Positions 31,715 through 42,519 of a stretch of DNA of 64,000 nt are shown here, piece after piece. The notes beneath the pieces are model-generated. The model saw only the letters and a list, made by a program, of their open reading frames with translations, was not told the DNA's origin and ran no database searches. A program made the position numbers and the translations under genes. Position 1 is the first letter of the stretch. Every line of letters begins with the position of its first letter. The stretch lies in NCBI GenBank assembly GCA_963833985.1, contig CAWIAD010000001.1, positions 1,248,001 through 1,312,000 on the forward strand, given 5' to 3'. This stretch comes from an uncultured Planctomycetaceae bacterium (GTDB taxonomy: Bacteria; Planctomycetota; Planctomycetia; Isosphaerales; Isosphaeraceae).

Positions 31715-32605
31715 ATGGCGATTCAGTGGTACCTGCTCCAGGGCGACACCGACCTTGGTCCGATGTCGACGAGCGAGCTGAAGAGGATGGCCGCGGACGG
31801 CAAGATCGGCCCGAGGGACCTGGTGCGGAAGGAGGGCTCGACGCGCTGGGTCCCGGCCTCGGCGATCGAGGGACTCCTCTCAGCGCCCAGGTCGACACCG
31901 AGCACGCCCGTGGTAGAAACACCCTCGCCAGGTTCGGACGTTCCCGTCGAGCCTTCACCTGCGTCTGACCTCGACCACGCACAGCCCCAATCCGCTCCCC
32001 AACCTGTGCCCATCGAAACGGCCGCGCCGGGCGTTCGGCGCTGGCCTGGCTCGCCCCGGATCTGGCTCGGCGCCGGGGCGGCCGTGCTGACGGTCGCCGT
32101 CACCATCCCCGCGGCCTGGATGCTCATGCCGGACATCACCCAGGTGCAGGAGGGAGTGAACGAGCAGCCCTTGAACCCGCCCGTTGCCAGAGCGGCGCCA
32201 CCGCCGGCCCGTCCCGCTCCGGTTCCCAGGAAGGCCGCACCGTCGGTGCAGGTCGCTGCGAACAGGCCCGCTGCGGCCCCGGCTCCCGCACAGGCGCCGC
32301 CTCAGGCCCCGGTGCCCCAGGCCGCGTCTCAGCCGCCATCCAGACCGTCTGCCGATTACATCCAGCTCGCGAGCTTGCTGTCGAATATCCATCGCGGGAA
32401 AGGCGGAGCCGTCTTCGCCATCGACTCTGCCGGGTCCAATCTCACACGCCCCAGGCGGCCGGGTCCCCTTCTGGCCAATGGCGTTCCGATGACGAAGGAG
32501 ATCATCGCCGCGATCCCGAAGCTCAAGGGTGCTCGAGACGTGGTCGTGATGCAAGCCGTGGCCCGGCTCGAAGCCGGTCAGCAGGAGACCGTCGACGCGT
32601 GCTAG
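31715..32605 (+). CDS. GYF_2/DUF4339-domain membrane protein, N-terminal half (in-frame TAG separates it from 32606-34045)
   Basis: WYLLQGDTDLGPMSTSELKRMAADGKIGPRDLVRKEGSTRWVPA; TM helix; Pro/Ala-rich linker. Confidence 0.8.
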   Translation: MAIQWYLLQGDTDLGPMSTSELKRMAADGKIGPRDLVRKEGSTRWVPASAIEGLLSAPRSTPSTPVVETPSPGSDVPVEPSPASDLDHAQPQSAPQPVPIETAAPGVRRWPGSPRIWLGAGAAVLTVAVTIPAAWMLMPDITQVQEGVNEQPLNPPVARAAPPPARPAPVPRKAAPSVQVAANRPAAAPAPAQAPPQAPVPQAASQPPSRPSADYIQLASLLSNIHRGKGGAVFAIDSAGSNLTRPRRPGPLLANGVPMTKEIIAAIPKLKGARDVVVMQAVARLEAGQQETVDAC

Positions 32606-34045
32606 ATGATCGACGAGGAGCTGGAGGAGGCGAGGCGAACCGCCGAGGCTTCCACAGTCTCGACGTCCTATGATCCCGGAGCTGTGCAAGGCGACACACC
32701 CGAAGAGCATGCAGAGAGAAGAAGGCAACAGGAGTCTAACAATCGCAGTGCTTATGAAAGTGCCTGGAATCGGTACAGGCGGCTCCAGGAGACCGCCCCG
32801 GCGCGAAAGCTCGGGGCGACGGCCCTGGCCCTCGAGACGGCCCGGCTCGATTGCTGGAAAACGATCGCTGGTCGACTGCCCGAAGTCTACAGCGGAAGCC
32901 CGCAGAGCGTTGACCTGATTCAGTTCCGGATCATGGCTCCCGACGCGGCCCGCAAGAAACCAAGAGGGGAATTCGTCGTCGCCAACAGCAGCGGCCGGAC
33001 TCTCACGAACGTGACGCTTGTCCTCGACCTGCTTCATTTTTCGACCGCGCCAGACCCGTCAACGTTCCAGGCCTACTTGATTCCCGAGTGGCAAGCGGGT
33101 GAGGAGCTTCGCCTGCCCGTGTTTGTCTGGCGAAACTACGAGTCCGGTGAAGCCGGCAAGTCGCGGCCGATCAACGCCGATCCCCTACACACAAGGGAAA
33201 AAGGAGACTTGCTCACGGCGGAGTCCGAGTGGCGGGCTGGTCTGGGCGGGCTGGTCGCGGTGCGGGCGTCGGTCTGGTCGGCAGAGGCCCATCATCCCGC
33301 GCGTGACTTCCCCTTCCCCGATCAGGCACTCGCGGGGGCCCGCTGGGAGCTTGGCGTCGCCCTCCGGCTGGCCAGCAACCAGCTCTCGCTCGAGGTGCGC
33401 AAAGGGGTCCGGAAATCCGAGTTGAAGCTGCCAGATGACTTCTGGGAAGTCCGCACCGCGAAGCGTGTGCTGACGTTTGTCGCCCCGGACTCCGAGCTCG
33501 CCCGCCTCGCTCACCTCCTGATCGACGACCCTGTCCAGCTCTTGCAAGAACGAAACCCAGAAATCGAGACGGTCGCTTCCCGGCTGGCAACGGGCACCGT
33601 GTTTCAGGGCAAATGGACGTTCCGCATGCCGTATGGTCCGCCCATGCGCTACGGCCAGCTTACCCAGGACCGTCTGGGAAAGCTCGCGGTACTGACACAC
33701 AAATCCTTCCCGTGCACGCTTGAGATCAACGCATTCAACCCCAGATCGCTCGGGGTCACGGCGACCTTGCAGGCCGTGAATCAGCCAGGCGTGAAGCGTG
33801 TGTTCCGTGGCCAGATGATGCAAGAGCGAGGCACGGGCCGCGTATTCCTGTACTTCCCGGGACCGCAGGCGGCAGGGTTGAACCGCCGGATCCTGCTGGA
33901 CACGGATTTCGACCTGTTCACGGCGCCCGAGAGCCTGAAGCTGGAACTGACCGACAAGAAAATCGTTGGCAAGATGCCCGGACCGCTCAGCCCCGATGCT
34001 TTCTGGTTCGACCTCGAATGCACTCTCGGTGGGAAAAGCCCCTGA
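32606..34045 (+). CDS. Hypothetical protein, same frame as the upstream GYF_2 ORF
   Basis: 479-aa ORF starting immediately after the TAG, with coding-like codon usage. Confidence 0.7.
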   Translation: MIDEELEEARRTAEASTVSTSYDPGAVQGDTPEEHAERRRQQESNNRSAYESAWNRYRRLQETAPARKLGATALALETARLDCWKTIAGRLPEVYSGSPQSVDLIQFRIMAPDAARKKPRGEFVVANSSGRTLTNVTLVLDLLHFSTAPDPSTFQAYLIPEWQAGEELRLPVFVWRNYESGEAGKSRPINADPLHTREKGDLLTAESEWRAGLGGLVAVRASVWSAEAHHPARDFPFPDQALAGARWELGVALRLASNQLSLEVRKGVRKSELKLPDDFWEVRTAKRVLTFVAPDSELARLAHLLIDDPVQLLQERNPEIETVASRLATGTVFQGKWTFRMPYGPPMRYGQLTQDRLGKLAVLTHKSFPCTLEINAFNPRSLGVTATLQAVNQPGVKRVFRGQMMQERGTGRVFLYFPGPQAAGLNRRILLDTDFDLFTAPESLKLELTDKKIVGKMPGPLSPDAFWFDLECTLGGKSP

Positions 34046-34241
34046 TCGCGCGCAAACATCCGGCAGGTTCAAGAGCGGGTGACCGCACCGCGCCGCTGGA
34101 GACGGCAACCGGAGGTCCGGGCGGTGTTTACCTCCGCCGCGGTCAATGCCGGTCGACGGGCTTTGGCCGGAGCGACGGAGCGAGGAACTCTTTCGAGAAT
34201 GCTCGCAGCCGCATCTCAGCGAGTTTATGATCGAGGGAGGA

Positions 34242-34592
34242 ATGCGACTCGAATGGACGGTTCGCTCTCTCCGAAACCGGCGGGTCTTTGCGATGAAACC
34301 TCCCCGTGTGCGGATTGGCTTGCGATCCTCGATGATCGCGGTGGCTGTCCTCGCCCTCCTGATGGCGTGGTGCTACAACTGGTCGGAACGGAGGTATCGA
34401 TGCGGCGAGATTGCCTCCCGTCATGCGGCCGTGGGCATGGAATACAGGTTGAATGCTCGGGGCAATCTGGACATGCTGAGGATCGCGGCCTGGCACGACC
34501 ACATGCGGCAAGTGTTCCAGAACGCCGCCGAGCGGCCGTGGGAGCAGATTCCCACGAGTCGCCCCGTTCCACCGGCAAACTGGCAGCCATGA
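34242..34592 (+). CDS. Small membrane protein with planctomycete-type N-terminus (start 34242 or 34293)
   Basis: RVRIGLRSSMIAVAVLALLMAW; GAGGGAGG RBS. Confidence 0.6.
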   Translation: MRLEWTVRSLRNRRVFAMKPPRVRIGLRSSMIAVAVLALLMAWCYNWSERRYRCGEIASRHAAVGMEYRLNARGNLDMLRIAAWHDHMRQVFQNAAERPWEQIPTSRPVPPANWQP

Positions 34593-35062
34593 ATCGGCTG
34601 GCGCACCAAGCGATCGCAGGCTGGCTTCAGTCTGCGTCGAAGATCTCTGTGACTAAACAGCTTCCCAAAGAGGGAAAGTGTGGAACGGCCGCCCTCGGCC
34701 GTCCTGAGCCAGCCGAGGGCGGCTGGCCCACATTCCAAGAGGCGAGGAGCTATTTAGGAGCCAATGGCCCTGGCGCGGCAGCAGATCTTCGAGGATCTCT
34801 CTCCATTCCTGGTTCGGTGGAAGTGCGGGCGACCGTTGCGGCAGACTCGCCATGAGCGTTTCCTCGGGGGATGATTTTCCTGGCCCCACTGTAACGCGAA
34901 GTGACGCATCAGGCTACGCAAACGGGTTCGCTGAACTTTGTGGCGGTCACGTTGAGAGCTCCGGCGAGCGATGACGCGATACGGGCTCAGCCGACAGGCC
35001 CTTGATCGGGCGCGAAGTCGCCTCTACCCTGGCACATGGCGGCAACCCGCCGGGAGGGGAGA

Positions 35063-36361
35063 ATGAGCTCGAAGACCAGAATGAGCCGACGCCAGGCCCT
35101 GAGAGTGGGCGCGACCGGCGCCGTGATCGCGGCAGGTGGGACCGTCATCGCCCCGGGGATCGCCCGGGCGGCGCGACCGGGCGCGAACGACCGCATTCGC
35201 CTGGCCCTGATCGGCTGCGGAGGCATGGGCACGCGGCACCTCGAGGCGCTCGCGGTGAACCCGCACTGCGAGGTCGCGGCCGTCTGTGATTGCTTCCGAC
35301 CGCGCTATGAAAATGGCATCGCCGTGGTCAAGAAGTTCTCCGGGAAGGCGCCCGACGGCTACCAGGACTTCCGCCGCGTGCTCGACCGGGGCGATATCGA
35401 CGCCATCTTCGCGCCGACGCCCGACCACTGGCACCCGCTCATGGCGATCCTTGGCTGCCAGGCCGGGAAGGACGTCTATGTGGAGAAGCCGGCCTCGCCA
35501 ACGGTCGCCGAGGGCCGGGCCATGGTCAACGCGGCCCGGCGCTATGGCCGGATCGTGCAGCTTGGCACCCAGCAAAGGTCGATGACCATCTTCCAGGAGG
35601 CCATCAAGCTTGTCCATTCCGGCAGGCTGGGCCGGATCACCTCGGCGACCTGCTGGATCGGCGTCAACGGCCAGCGCGTGGGCTTCGGTTCGGCTCCCGT
35701 TCCCGATGGGCTCGACTGGGACCTGTGGCTCGGCCCCGCGCCCTGGGAACCGTACTCGCCCGATCGCCAGTTCGGCTTCATGGGCTGCCATGACTATGCC
35801 CGCGGCGGTGAGCTCACCAACTGGGGCGTGCACCTGATGGACATCGTCCACTGGGGCATCGGCCAGGACCGGCCGCTCAGCGTGCAGGCTACCGGCGGCA
35901 GCTACCGCGGCAAGGCCGGCTCGGAGAACTACGAGAATGTCGATGTGCTCTGGGAGTACCCCGGCTGCACCGTCACGTGGGAGCAACGGCACCAGAACCA
36001 GTACATGGGCCACACCTACGGCATCAAGTTCCAGGGGACCGAGGGCCAGCTCCTCGTCGATCGCAACACGTTCGAGGTCTTGCCGGAAGGCCTGGGCATT
36101 CCCCGCTACGTCGGCGAGCCGGAACGAAGCTGGGCGCATCCGCCGCACCACAATAACTTCTTCGAGAGTATGAGAACGCGAAGACCTCCCGCGGCCGAGA
36201 TCGAGCAGGGGCATCGCTCGACCACGCCGCTGTTGCTGGCAGGCATCGCGCTGAAGACCCGTCGCAAGCTTGTCTGGGACGGCGACTCCGAAACCTTCGC
36301 CGGCGACGAGGCCGCGAACCGCTACCTGTCACGCGCGTATCGCTACCCCTGGCAGCTCTGA
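35063..36361 (+). CDS. Tat-exported Gfo/Idh/MocA oxidoreductase
   Basis: SRRQAL Tat motif; IGCGGMG, PTPDHWH, DVYVEKP, GTQQRS, DWDLWLGPAP, WGVHLMD. Confidence 0.93.
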   Translation: MSSKTRMSRRQALRVGATGAVIAAGGTVIAPGIARAARPGANDRIRLALIGCGGMGTRHLEALAVNPHCEVAAVCDCFRPRYENGIAVVKKFSGKAPDGYQDFRRVLDRGDIDAIFAPTPDHWHPLMAILGCQAGKDVYVEKPASPTVAEGRAMVNAARRYGRIVQLGTQQRSMTIFQEAIKLVHSGRLGRITSATCWIGVNGQRVGFGSAPVPDGLDWDLWLGPAPWEPYSPDRQFGFMGCHDYARGGELTNWGVHLMDIVHWGIGQDRPLSVQATGGSYRGKAGSENYENVDVLWEYPGCTVTWEQRHQNQYMGHTYGIKFQGTEGQLLVDRNTFEVLPEGLGIPRYVGEPERSWAHPPHHNNFFESMRTRRPPAAEIEQGHRSTTPLLLAGIALKTRRKLVWDGDSETFAGDEAANRYLSRAYRYPWQL

Positions 36362-36380
36362 TCGGGAAGGAGAACGACGC

Positions 36381-38191
36381 ATGCGACCCCGCTTCCGAAT
36401 CTGGCTCTTTCCCGTGCTGATCTGGCTCCCCATGCCTGCGCTGGCCCAGGCCACTCGCCTCGATGACCTGGTCTCGGGTCTGAGCGGCGAGAATGAGCAT
36501 GCCCGAGCGCTGGCCCGGCAGCTTTTGCCGCGTGAGGGAGTTCCGGCCGTTCCCAGGCTCTTGCCACTCCTGCGCGCGGACACTCCGGCGGTGCGCGAGG
36601 CGGCCTTTCAGGTGCTGGCCGACATTGCCAACGAAGCCGCGGCGCCGGGCGCGGCGACGACAGGGTGAAGGCCACGGCTTACCTGATGATCCTTCTGGAC
36701 CAGGCCCAGCCCGCCGAGATCAAGCTCCGCGGCCTCCGCCTGCTGCCGATCGTGGTTCCACCCGAGGGCGACGTCGGCCCGATCGCGGCGCTCCTGGACG
36801 ACAAGGACCTGCGCGAACGGGCCCGCGCCGCGCTCGAGGAGATCGGCACCGCCGCAAGTCGCCGCGCCCTGCGCGATCGCCTGGCCAGGGCGGACGCCGA
36901 GCCGGACTTCACCGCCGCGCTGCTGAACTCCCTGGGCCGGCTGCGCGATCAGGACAGCGTCGCGACGATCGTCGCTCTGACGACGCACGCGAACCCGCGC
37001 GTCCGGGTCTGCGCCAGCCGTGCGCTGGCCTGGACCGGCGACCCGGCGGTGCTCGGTGCGGTGCGGTCCGTCGCCGCCAACGCCGGCGCGGACACGCGCG
37101 TCGAGGCGCAGGACGGGCTGCTGCGGCTGCTCAATGCCATGGAGCGCCAGCCCGAGCATCGCCTCGCGGCGCTCTCGGGATATCGTGAGCTGGTCACCTC
37201 CGCCGAGGGAGCCGTGCAGGACGGGGCCCTCGCCGGGCTGGGGCGCGTCGGCGATGCCTCCTGCGTTCCGCTCGTCCTGGCGACCGTGCGCGACGCCGAA
37301 CCACCCACGCTCCAGGTCGGCATGAACGCCCTGCGGTCGCTCGAAGGTAAGGAGGTCACGACCGCGCTGGTCGCGGCTTTCCCCAACCTGCCTCCCGCGG
37401 CGCAGCAGGCCATGATTCCGGTTCTGGGGGCACGCCGCGAGTCCACGGTATTACCGGTCCTGGAACAACTCTTGCGGTCCGGGCAGCCGTCCCAGCGCGA
37501 CGCCGCGCTCGAGGCGATCGGCGACTCCGACCTCCCCGGCGCCACGGAACTGCTCGTGGCCGAGGAGAAACGAGGAGATTCCACGTCTCACGCCAGGATC
37601 CAGAAGATTCTCGCCCGCCAGGCCGAGCGCCTCATCGAGAGTCGCCGGCGTGCCGCGAGCGGCGGCCTGCGTGACAGCGACCTCATGGCGCTGCTCGGCA
37701 TCATCGGCCGCTGGTGGGTCGTCGGCCCGTTCGACCTGGGCGAGAACCACCAGGGATGGGATACCGCATACGTGGGCGAGCCGAACGTCAGCGTGGTGGC
37801 GCGCTACATGGCCGGCAAGACGCGCAGGCAGTGGAAACCAGTGGAATCCCAGGACTCGCAAGGCAAGATCGACCTCCGGGCCGCGATCGCCAACCGCGAC
37901 CAGTGTATCGGCTATGCCTACGCCGAGATCGAGCTTCCGCAACCGGTGGATGCCATGCTGCTGCTCGGAGTGGACGACAGCGAAAAGGTCTGGGTCAACG
38001 GCGAGAAGGTCTTCGAGCAGTTCGTCGCCCGGCCCTTGCAGGTGGACCAGGACCATGTGCCGATCCATCTCAAGGCTGGCACGAATGCGATTCTGCTCAA
38101 GGTTTACCAGAACTCCGAAGGCTGGGAGTTCTGCGCCCGGATCGTCACGCCCAAGGGCCAGCCGGTCCCGTTCATGCAGAAGCGGGAGTAG
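36381..38191 (+). CDS. Secreted HEAT-repeat protein with C-terminal beta domain (apparent frameshift near 36660)
   Basis: Signal peptide; repeated A..ALG.IGD motifs; WWVVGPF, GVDDSEKVWVNG, LKAGTNAILLK. Confidence 0.8.
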
Positions 38192-38219
38192 GTTCTCGAT
38201 CGTTGCGGCAAGGCAGCGT

Positions 38220-39516
38220 TCAGCGTGTGCGGGACGCGTCATGAAGCGCCGCGTGCGAGTTGGCCGTCCGCCAGAGGGCGGGCTGGTGATCCGGCAGCGG
38301 GGTGCGCAGGCCGATGCGCGTCATCCGCGCGAATGATTGATCGAAACCCCCGCGCCAGCCAGGGCGATCGTAGTCGGTGGGATAGAAAAGGAACAGGGTG
38401 GCGAGCACGGCCGAGGCCGCGGCCAGGCGTGGAGCAGCCCCTTCGAAAAGCGGCGCGATCCAGAAGAGCCGCTCGCATCCAGGGCAGGGCGGGCTCCGCC
38501 AATTCCCAGCACGCTCAGGGCCAGCAGCGCCGGTACGTAATGAAACGCGTAGCCCGGAACACCGAAGTGCACAAGCAGGTGCGAGGCCAGCGGGGGAAGC
38601 ATGCTCACGAGGAGCAAGGCGAGCAGGGACGACCCACCCATCCGCTGGCGGAGCCGGAGCATGCCCCGCGGTACAAAGAAGAGGCATGGGCCGAGCGTCC
38701 AGAGCAAGGCCATGCCCAGCTTGACGGAGTAGCGAAAGGGGGCGTCCACCAGGCCAAGGTTCCAGACCGAGTTCAGGTACCCCGCGTGGTAGGCGAATTC
38801 CGAGGTTGCGGCGCGATAGCGCGCCCAGCCGCCCGCCTCGTACAGCATGGGCAGCAGCCACGCCAGGTTGATGGTGGTGAAAACAAGGCCCGCGAGCAGG
38901 GCCCTGCGCCAGCGGTGCTTCCAGAGAATGGTCAGGAAGACGGGCAGCCAGAGCGTGCCGATGTCTTGCCGGTACCCGGTACCCAGCCCGAGCACGACGG
39001 CGGCCGCGATCGGATGCCAGGGCTTCGGCTCATTCCAGGTGCGCCACGCCACCCCGAGCAAGAAAGCACCCGCGGCGAGGATGACGGTGTAGTTGCCGGC
39101 GATGGCACCGTACCCCCAGAAGATCGGCGCAAGGGCCACCACCAGCGTGCCCCAGGCGGCCGCGGAGGGCGCAACCAGCGCCCGCAGCCACCACCAGAGG
39201 GACACGAGCGCCAGAGCGCTCGTCGCCATGTCGAGGGCCACGAAGCCGAAGTAGGGGTCGGCGGTGAGCAACCCCGTCAGCCGGCCGGCCGTGAGGAAGA
39301 GGGTATGGTGCATAGGGAACCAGTGCTGGCGGACCTGCGCCAGGAACCCGAACTCGTCGCTCTCCAGGGGACGCCAGCGGGCCACCGGCAGGCGCGTCAT
39401 AACCACCAGGGCCAGGGCCAGCAAGCACATCGCGGCGACGGTTCGAGGAGCTGGTTCCACGGGCAAGTCGGCGTCCGCAGAAGGCAAGACTCGCCAGAGT
39501 TCCTGGTGGTGCTCAT
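38220..39516 (-). CDS. Polytopic membrane protein, GT-C/PMT (GT39-like) glycosyltransferase; frameshift near 38450, start uncertain
   Basis: Many TM helices; ESDEFGF, PMHHTLF, GYRQD. Confidence 0.6.
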
Positions 39517-39792
39517 CGCAATGGGGCCTCCTTCCCCGTGGTGTGGTCACGCATCCGGCGAGCGGGAATCGTAATCCAAGCCTGGAATCCCCGCAAGACC
39601 CGATCGGCTCAGGCGCTTCCCCCGGGCCAGAGCCCAGGCATGGCGCTCGATACGCAAGCAGGCCTCGCTTCGCGACCATTCGAAGCGAATCCGCCGCTTC
39701 CAGTGCCGGCCCGCATGGCGCAAAAAGAAACCTGCGCCATTCCTCAGGAAAGGCGCAGGTGGATTTGCACGCCAGGTTTTGCTGCTGGCCGT

Positions 39793-39960
39793 CTAGACGG
39801 CAGGGCTGCCGCGGCCGAACACGAGCGAGACGACAAAGAGCACCAGGAACACGAAGAGCAGGATCTTGGCAATATACGCCAGATCACCCTGAAGGCCGAC
39901 GAAGCCCAGCACTCCGGCGATCAAGGCAAGAATGGCGAACGCGATGGCCCATCTCAGCAT
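39793..39960 (-). CDS. DUF1328 small membrane protein
   Basis: [47 protein letters not shown]. Confidence 0.88.
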   Translation of the reverse strand: MLRWAIAFAILALIAGVLGFVGLQGDLAYIAKILLFVFLVLFVVSLVFGRGSPAV

Positions 39961-40091
39961 GATGCGATTTCCCTTCGTGGTTAAGGAACACCCGGCGTAC
40001 GGCTGTCCCGGCGATGCTTCAACGAGAGACGAACGAGAGACGGATAGGACACGACAACAGAGAGGCGCGAGGGAGACGCACCGGGGAGCCG

Positions 40092-40385
40092 TCAACGGCC
40101 GGAGGGTGAGATGGTCTCCAGCGGGCCGCGGTTCCGCTCGAAATGCCTGCGCTCGTGGTGATACGCCAGTCCCAGGAACGCGGTGCCCAGGCCCACGATC
40201 AAACTGCTCAGCAAGACCACGATGATCAGCATCATCGGCGTGTCCAGCTGGACCCACTTCAGATACGTGATCTCGGCCGGATTGCTGGCTGCCAGGTTCT
40301 GGTAGCGCGTGCCCAGCCCCAGGGCCGAAAGACCCAGCCCGATCAGGGCGCCTGCGCTGATGATCGCCCCGGAGAGTGCTCGCAT
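40092..40385 (-). CDS. Small two-TM hypothetical protein
   Basis: [19 protein letters not shown]...[21 protein letters not shown]. Confidence 0.65.
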   Translation of the reverse strand: MRALSGAIISAGALIGLGLSALGLGTRYQNLAASNPAEITYLKWVQLDTPMMLIIVVLLSSLIVGLGTAFLGLAYHHERRHFERNRGPLETISPSGR

Positions 40386-40460
40386 GGCCATCCCTTTCGA
40401 TACGTTGAGACGAAACCCGTTCCGGATGGGAAACCGCTCCCGCCCACTGAGCAGTGCGAT

Positions 40461-40622
40461 TCACATGTTGCAGCCGCGCATGAGCCCGGCGAGCACCAGC
40501 AGCATGCCGGCCATGATCATGACGATTCCACTGCAACCGCAGCCCGGATACGCCCCGTAAGCACCCTGGGGCTGATACCAGCCGCGCCCGCCGCCGAACA
40601 TTCCGCCCGGTCCTATGCTCAT
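40461..40622 (-). CDS. 53-aa Gly-rich single-TM protein (below the ORF-track cutoff)
   Basis: [58 protein letters not shown] upstream. Confidence 0.6.
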   Translation of the reverse strand: MSIGPGGMFGGGRGWYQPQGAYGAYPGCGCSGIVMIMAGMLLVLAGLMRGCNM

Positions 40623-40767
40623 GTGAAGATCCCTGTTGGCTCGTAGAACAACCTGGCAGATCTGCGGCGTCCACCGCGCCGGTTCGAAAGGAGAGAACCA
40701 CCAGGCAAAAGCGGTGCCGAGCCGGGAAATCCGGGCGAGATTCTTCGGCCCTGGCGACCCGGGGTGT

Positions 40768-42332
40768 TCAGCTCACCTGGCGCTTCGACTTGTGCCGGGA
40801 GCGCAAGTTGGACCAGACCTGGCGGCCTTGAGTGCCGATCTGGCCGATGACCCGCCCGACCTTGGAGCGTTCCGAAAGCCGATGAAGCTGGCGGATGAGT
40901 GCGGCCCGCTCCGCCCGGTGCAGCAGCGCCGCGAGCGCGGGCAGGACGTGTTCGGCCACGCCGAACGGCGTCTCACCGGCAAGACCGGCCGCCGTGGATG
41001 TGGCGAAGGCGGGCGGCAGGGTGGAGCGTATCGAGTCGAAGAGTGCGCGGATGGCGGTCTCACGCGTGCCCTGGCCGGTCGTCCAGTCGTACGGCGGCGA
41101 CCAGACGGGGCCGAACTCGGGACGGTCCACGCCGGTGATCACCACCAGGGCCGGTGGAGATTCGCGGTTGGGGTGCTCGATGAAGTGCCGGTCCCAGGCC
41201 TGCGCCACGGCCACGTCGGCCGGTTGCAGACCCTTGCGGCCGTCGACCACCAGGATCAGAAGGTCACAGTCGACGGCCGCGGTGACGGCCGCCTGTGTGA
41301 CCGACCGGTCGCGCCGTGACGACTTGTCGGAGGATGGCGGATATCCCGGAACCTCGACCCAGCGCACCGAGCGCAGCCGCGCGGTCAGGTCCGGGTCCAG
41401 GCCCAACCCCTCGAACCGCGCCGCGATCAGCTTGGGATCGCCCGTGAACACCTGGTGCAGGGTCTCGATGAGCCGGGTCTTGCCAGCGCCGCGCGCGCCG
41501 ATGATGGCGGCCGTAAGCGGTTCCTGGTCCGGCGCCAGGGTGCTCGAATCCCAGGCCGTACGCCGGGTAAGCCGGCGATACCGCTCCGAGCCGATCGCCA
41601 GCCGGCCGCTCATGAGCTCGACCAGGTGCAGTCCCAGCCGGTTCACGTAGGCCTGGTAGAACCAGCGCAGCACGTTCTGCTGCATGTTCTTCCAGGCCGG
41701 CTTCATGAGCAGCTCACGAGTGCCCAGACGCGCCAGTCCGGAGAGCGGGTTCAAGATCGGCGAGATCATGGCATAAAGATCATTGCGCGCGAGATGTAGC
41801 CGCTTAGCTTGACGGCCTTGCGCCAGTGCGAGAGCGTGATCAGATCGCCTCCGGGAACCTGCCGCGACAGGCGGGACAGGTCTTCGGCGGCCAGCTCCAG
41901 TGCCGTCAAGAGCTCGATCAGGGGCACTTCATCGAGCGGATTGGCGGCGGCCGGATGATAGAACTCGGCCAGCCTGCGCAGCAGTCTGCGGCCGGTGCCG
42001 ATGTAGGTCTCGGGCTCGATCAGGGCTTCCATCTCCAGCGCATCGCCGGCATCCGATTCGTTCTCGACAATCTTCCATGCCTCACGGTCGCGCGGGGAGA
42101 AGGTGGTCGGGGAATCCCAGTCCAGAGGAGGCATGATCGCGTGCGCATCCCGCGTCCACCGCGCCGCCAGGATCGAGAACACGGTGCCGGCGATGATCCA
42201 GCCGAGCGCGGCGTGGAGCAGCCAGCCGTGGTTCCAGAGCCAGATCGTGCCGAACCCCACATAGGCCAGCACCGGGCCAATCAGCAGCAGGGCCAGGACC
42301 CAGAAGCGCCATTGCCTGAGGATGCCGATCAT
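40768..42332 (-). CDS. Membrane-anchored P-loop GTPase-family protein (apparent frameshift near 41770)
   Basis: Two N-terminal TM helices; GARGAGKT; EVPGY; TGVD; WSPPYDW. Confidence 0.75.
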
Positions 42333-42519
42333 GGAGAGCTCGCCGCGGTGCATTTGAGACGTCCGGAAAGCGGGTGCCCGGGAGAGGCGGCCCCGGGGTA
42401 CGGACGCCAGGGCGGGAGCCGTACAGCCGGTCTGCGCTCCCGATGTTGCGATCGTCCGGCTCCGCTCCTTGCAAGCAATGTGCCCTGGCCGCCCCCCTGG
42501 TAATAAGGGACGAGATGGG

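Noticed and set aside
32603..32605. Pyrrolysine recoding
   Set aside because: No pyl genes or methyltransferase context in the window, and TAG serves as a normal stop elsewhere (e.g. hhyL).
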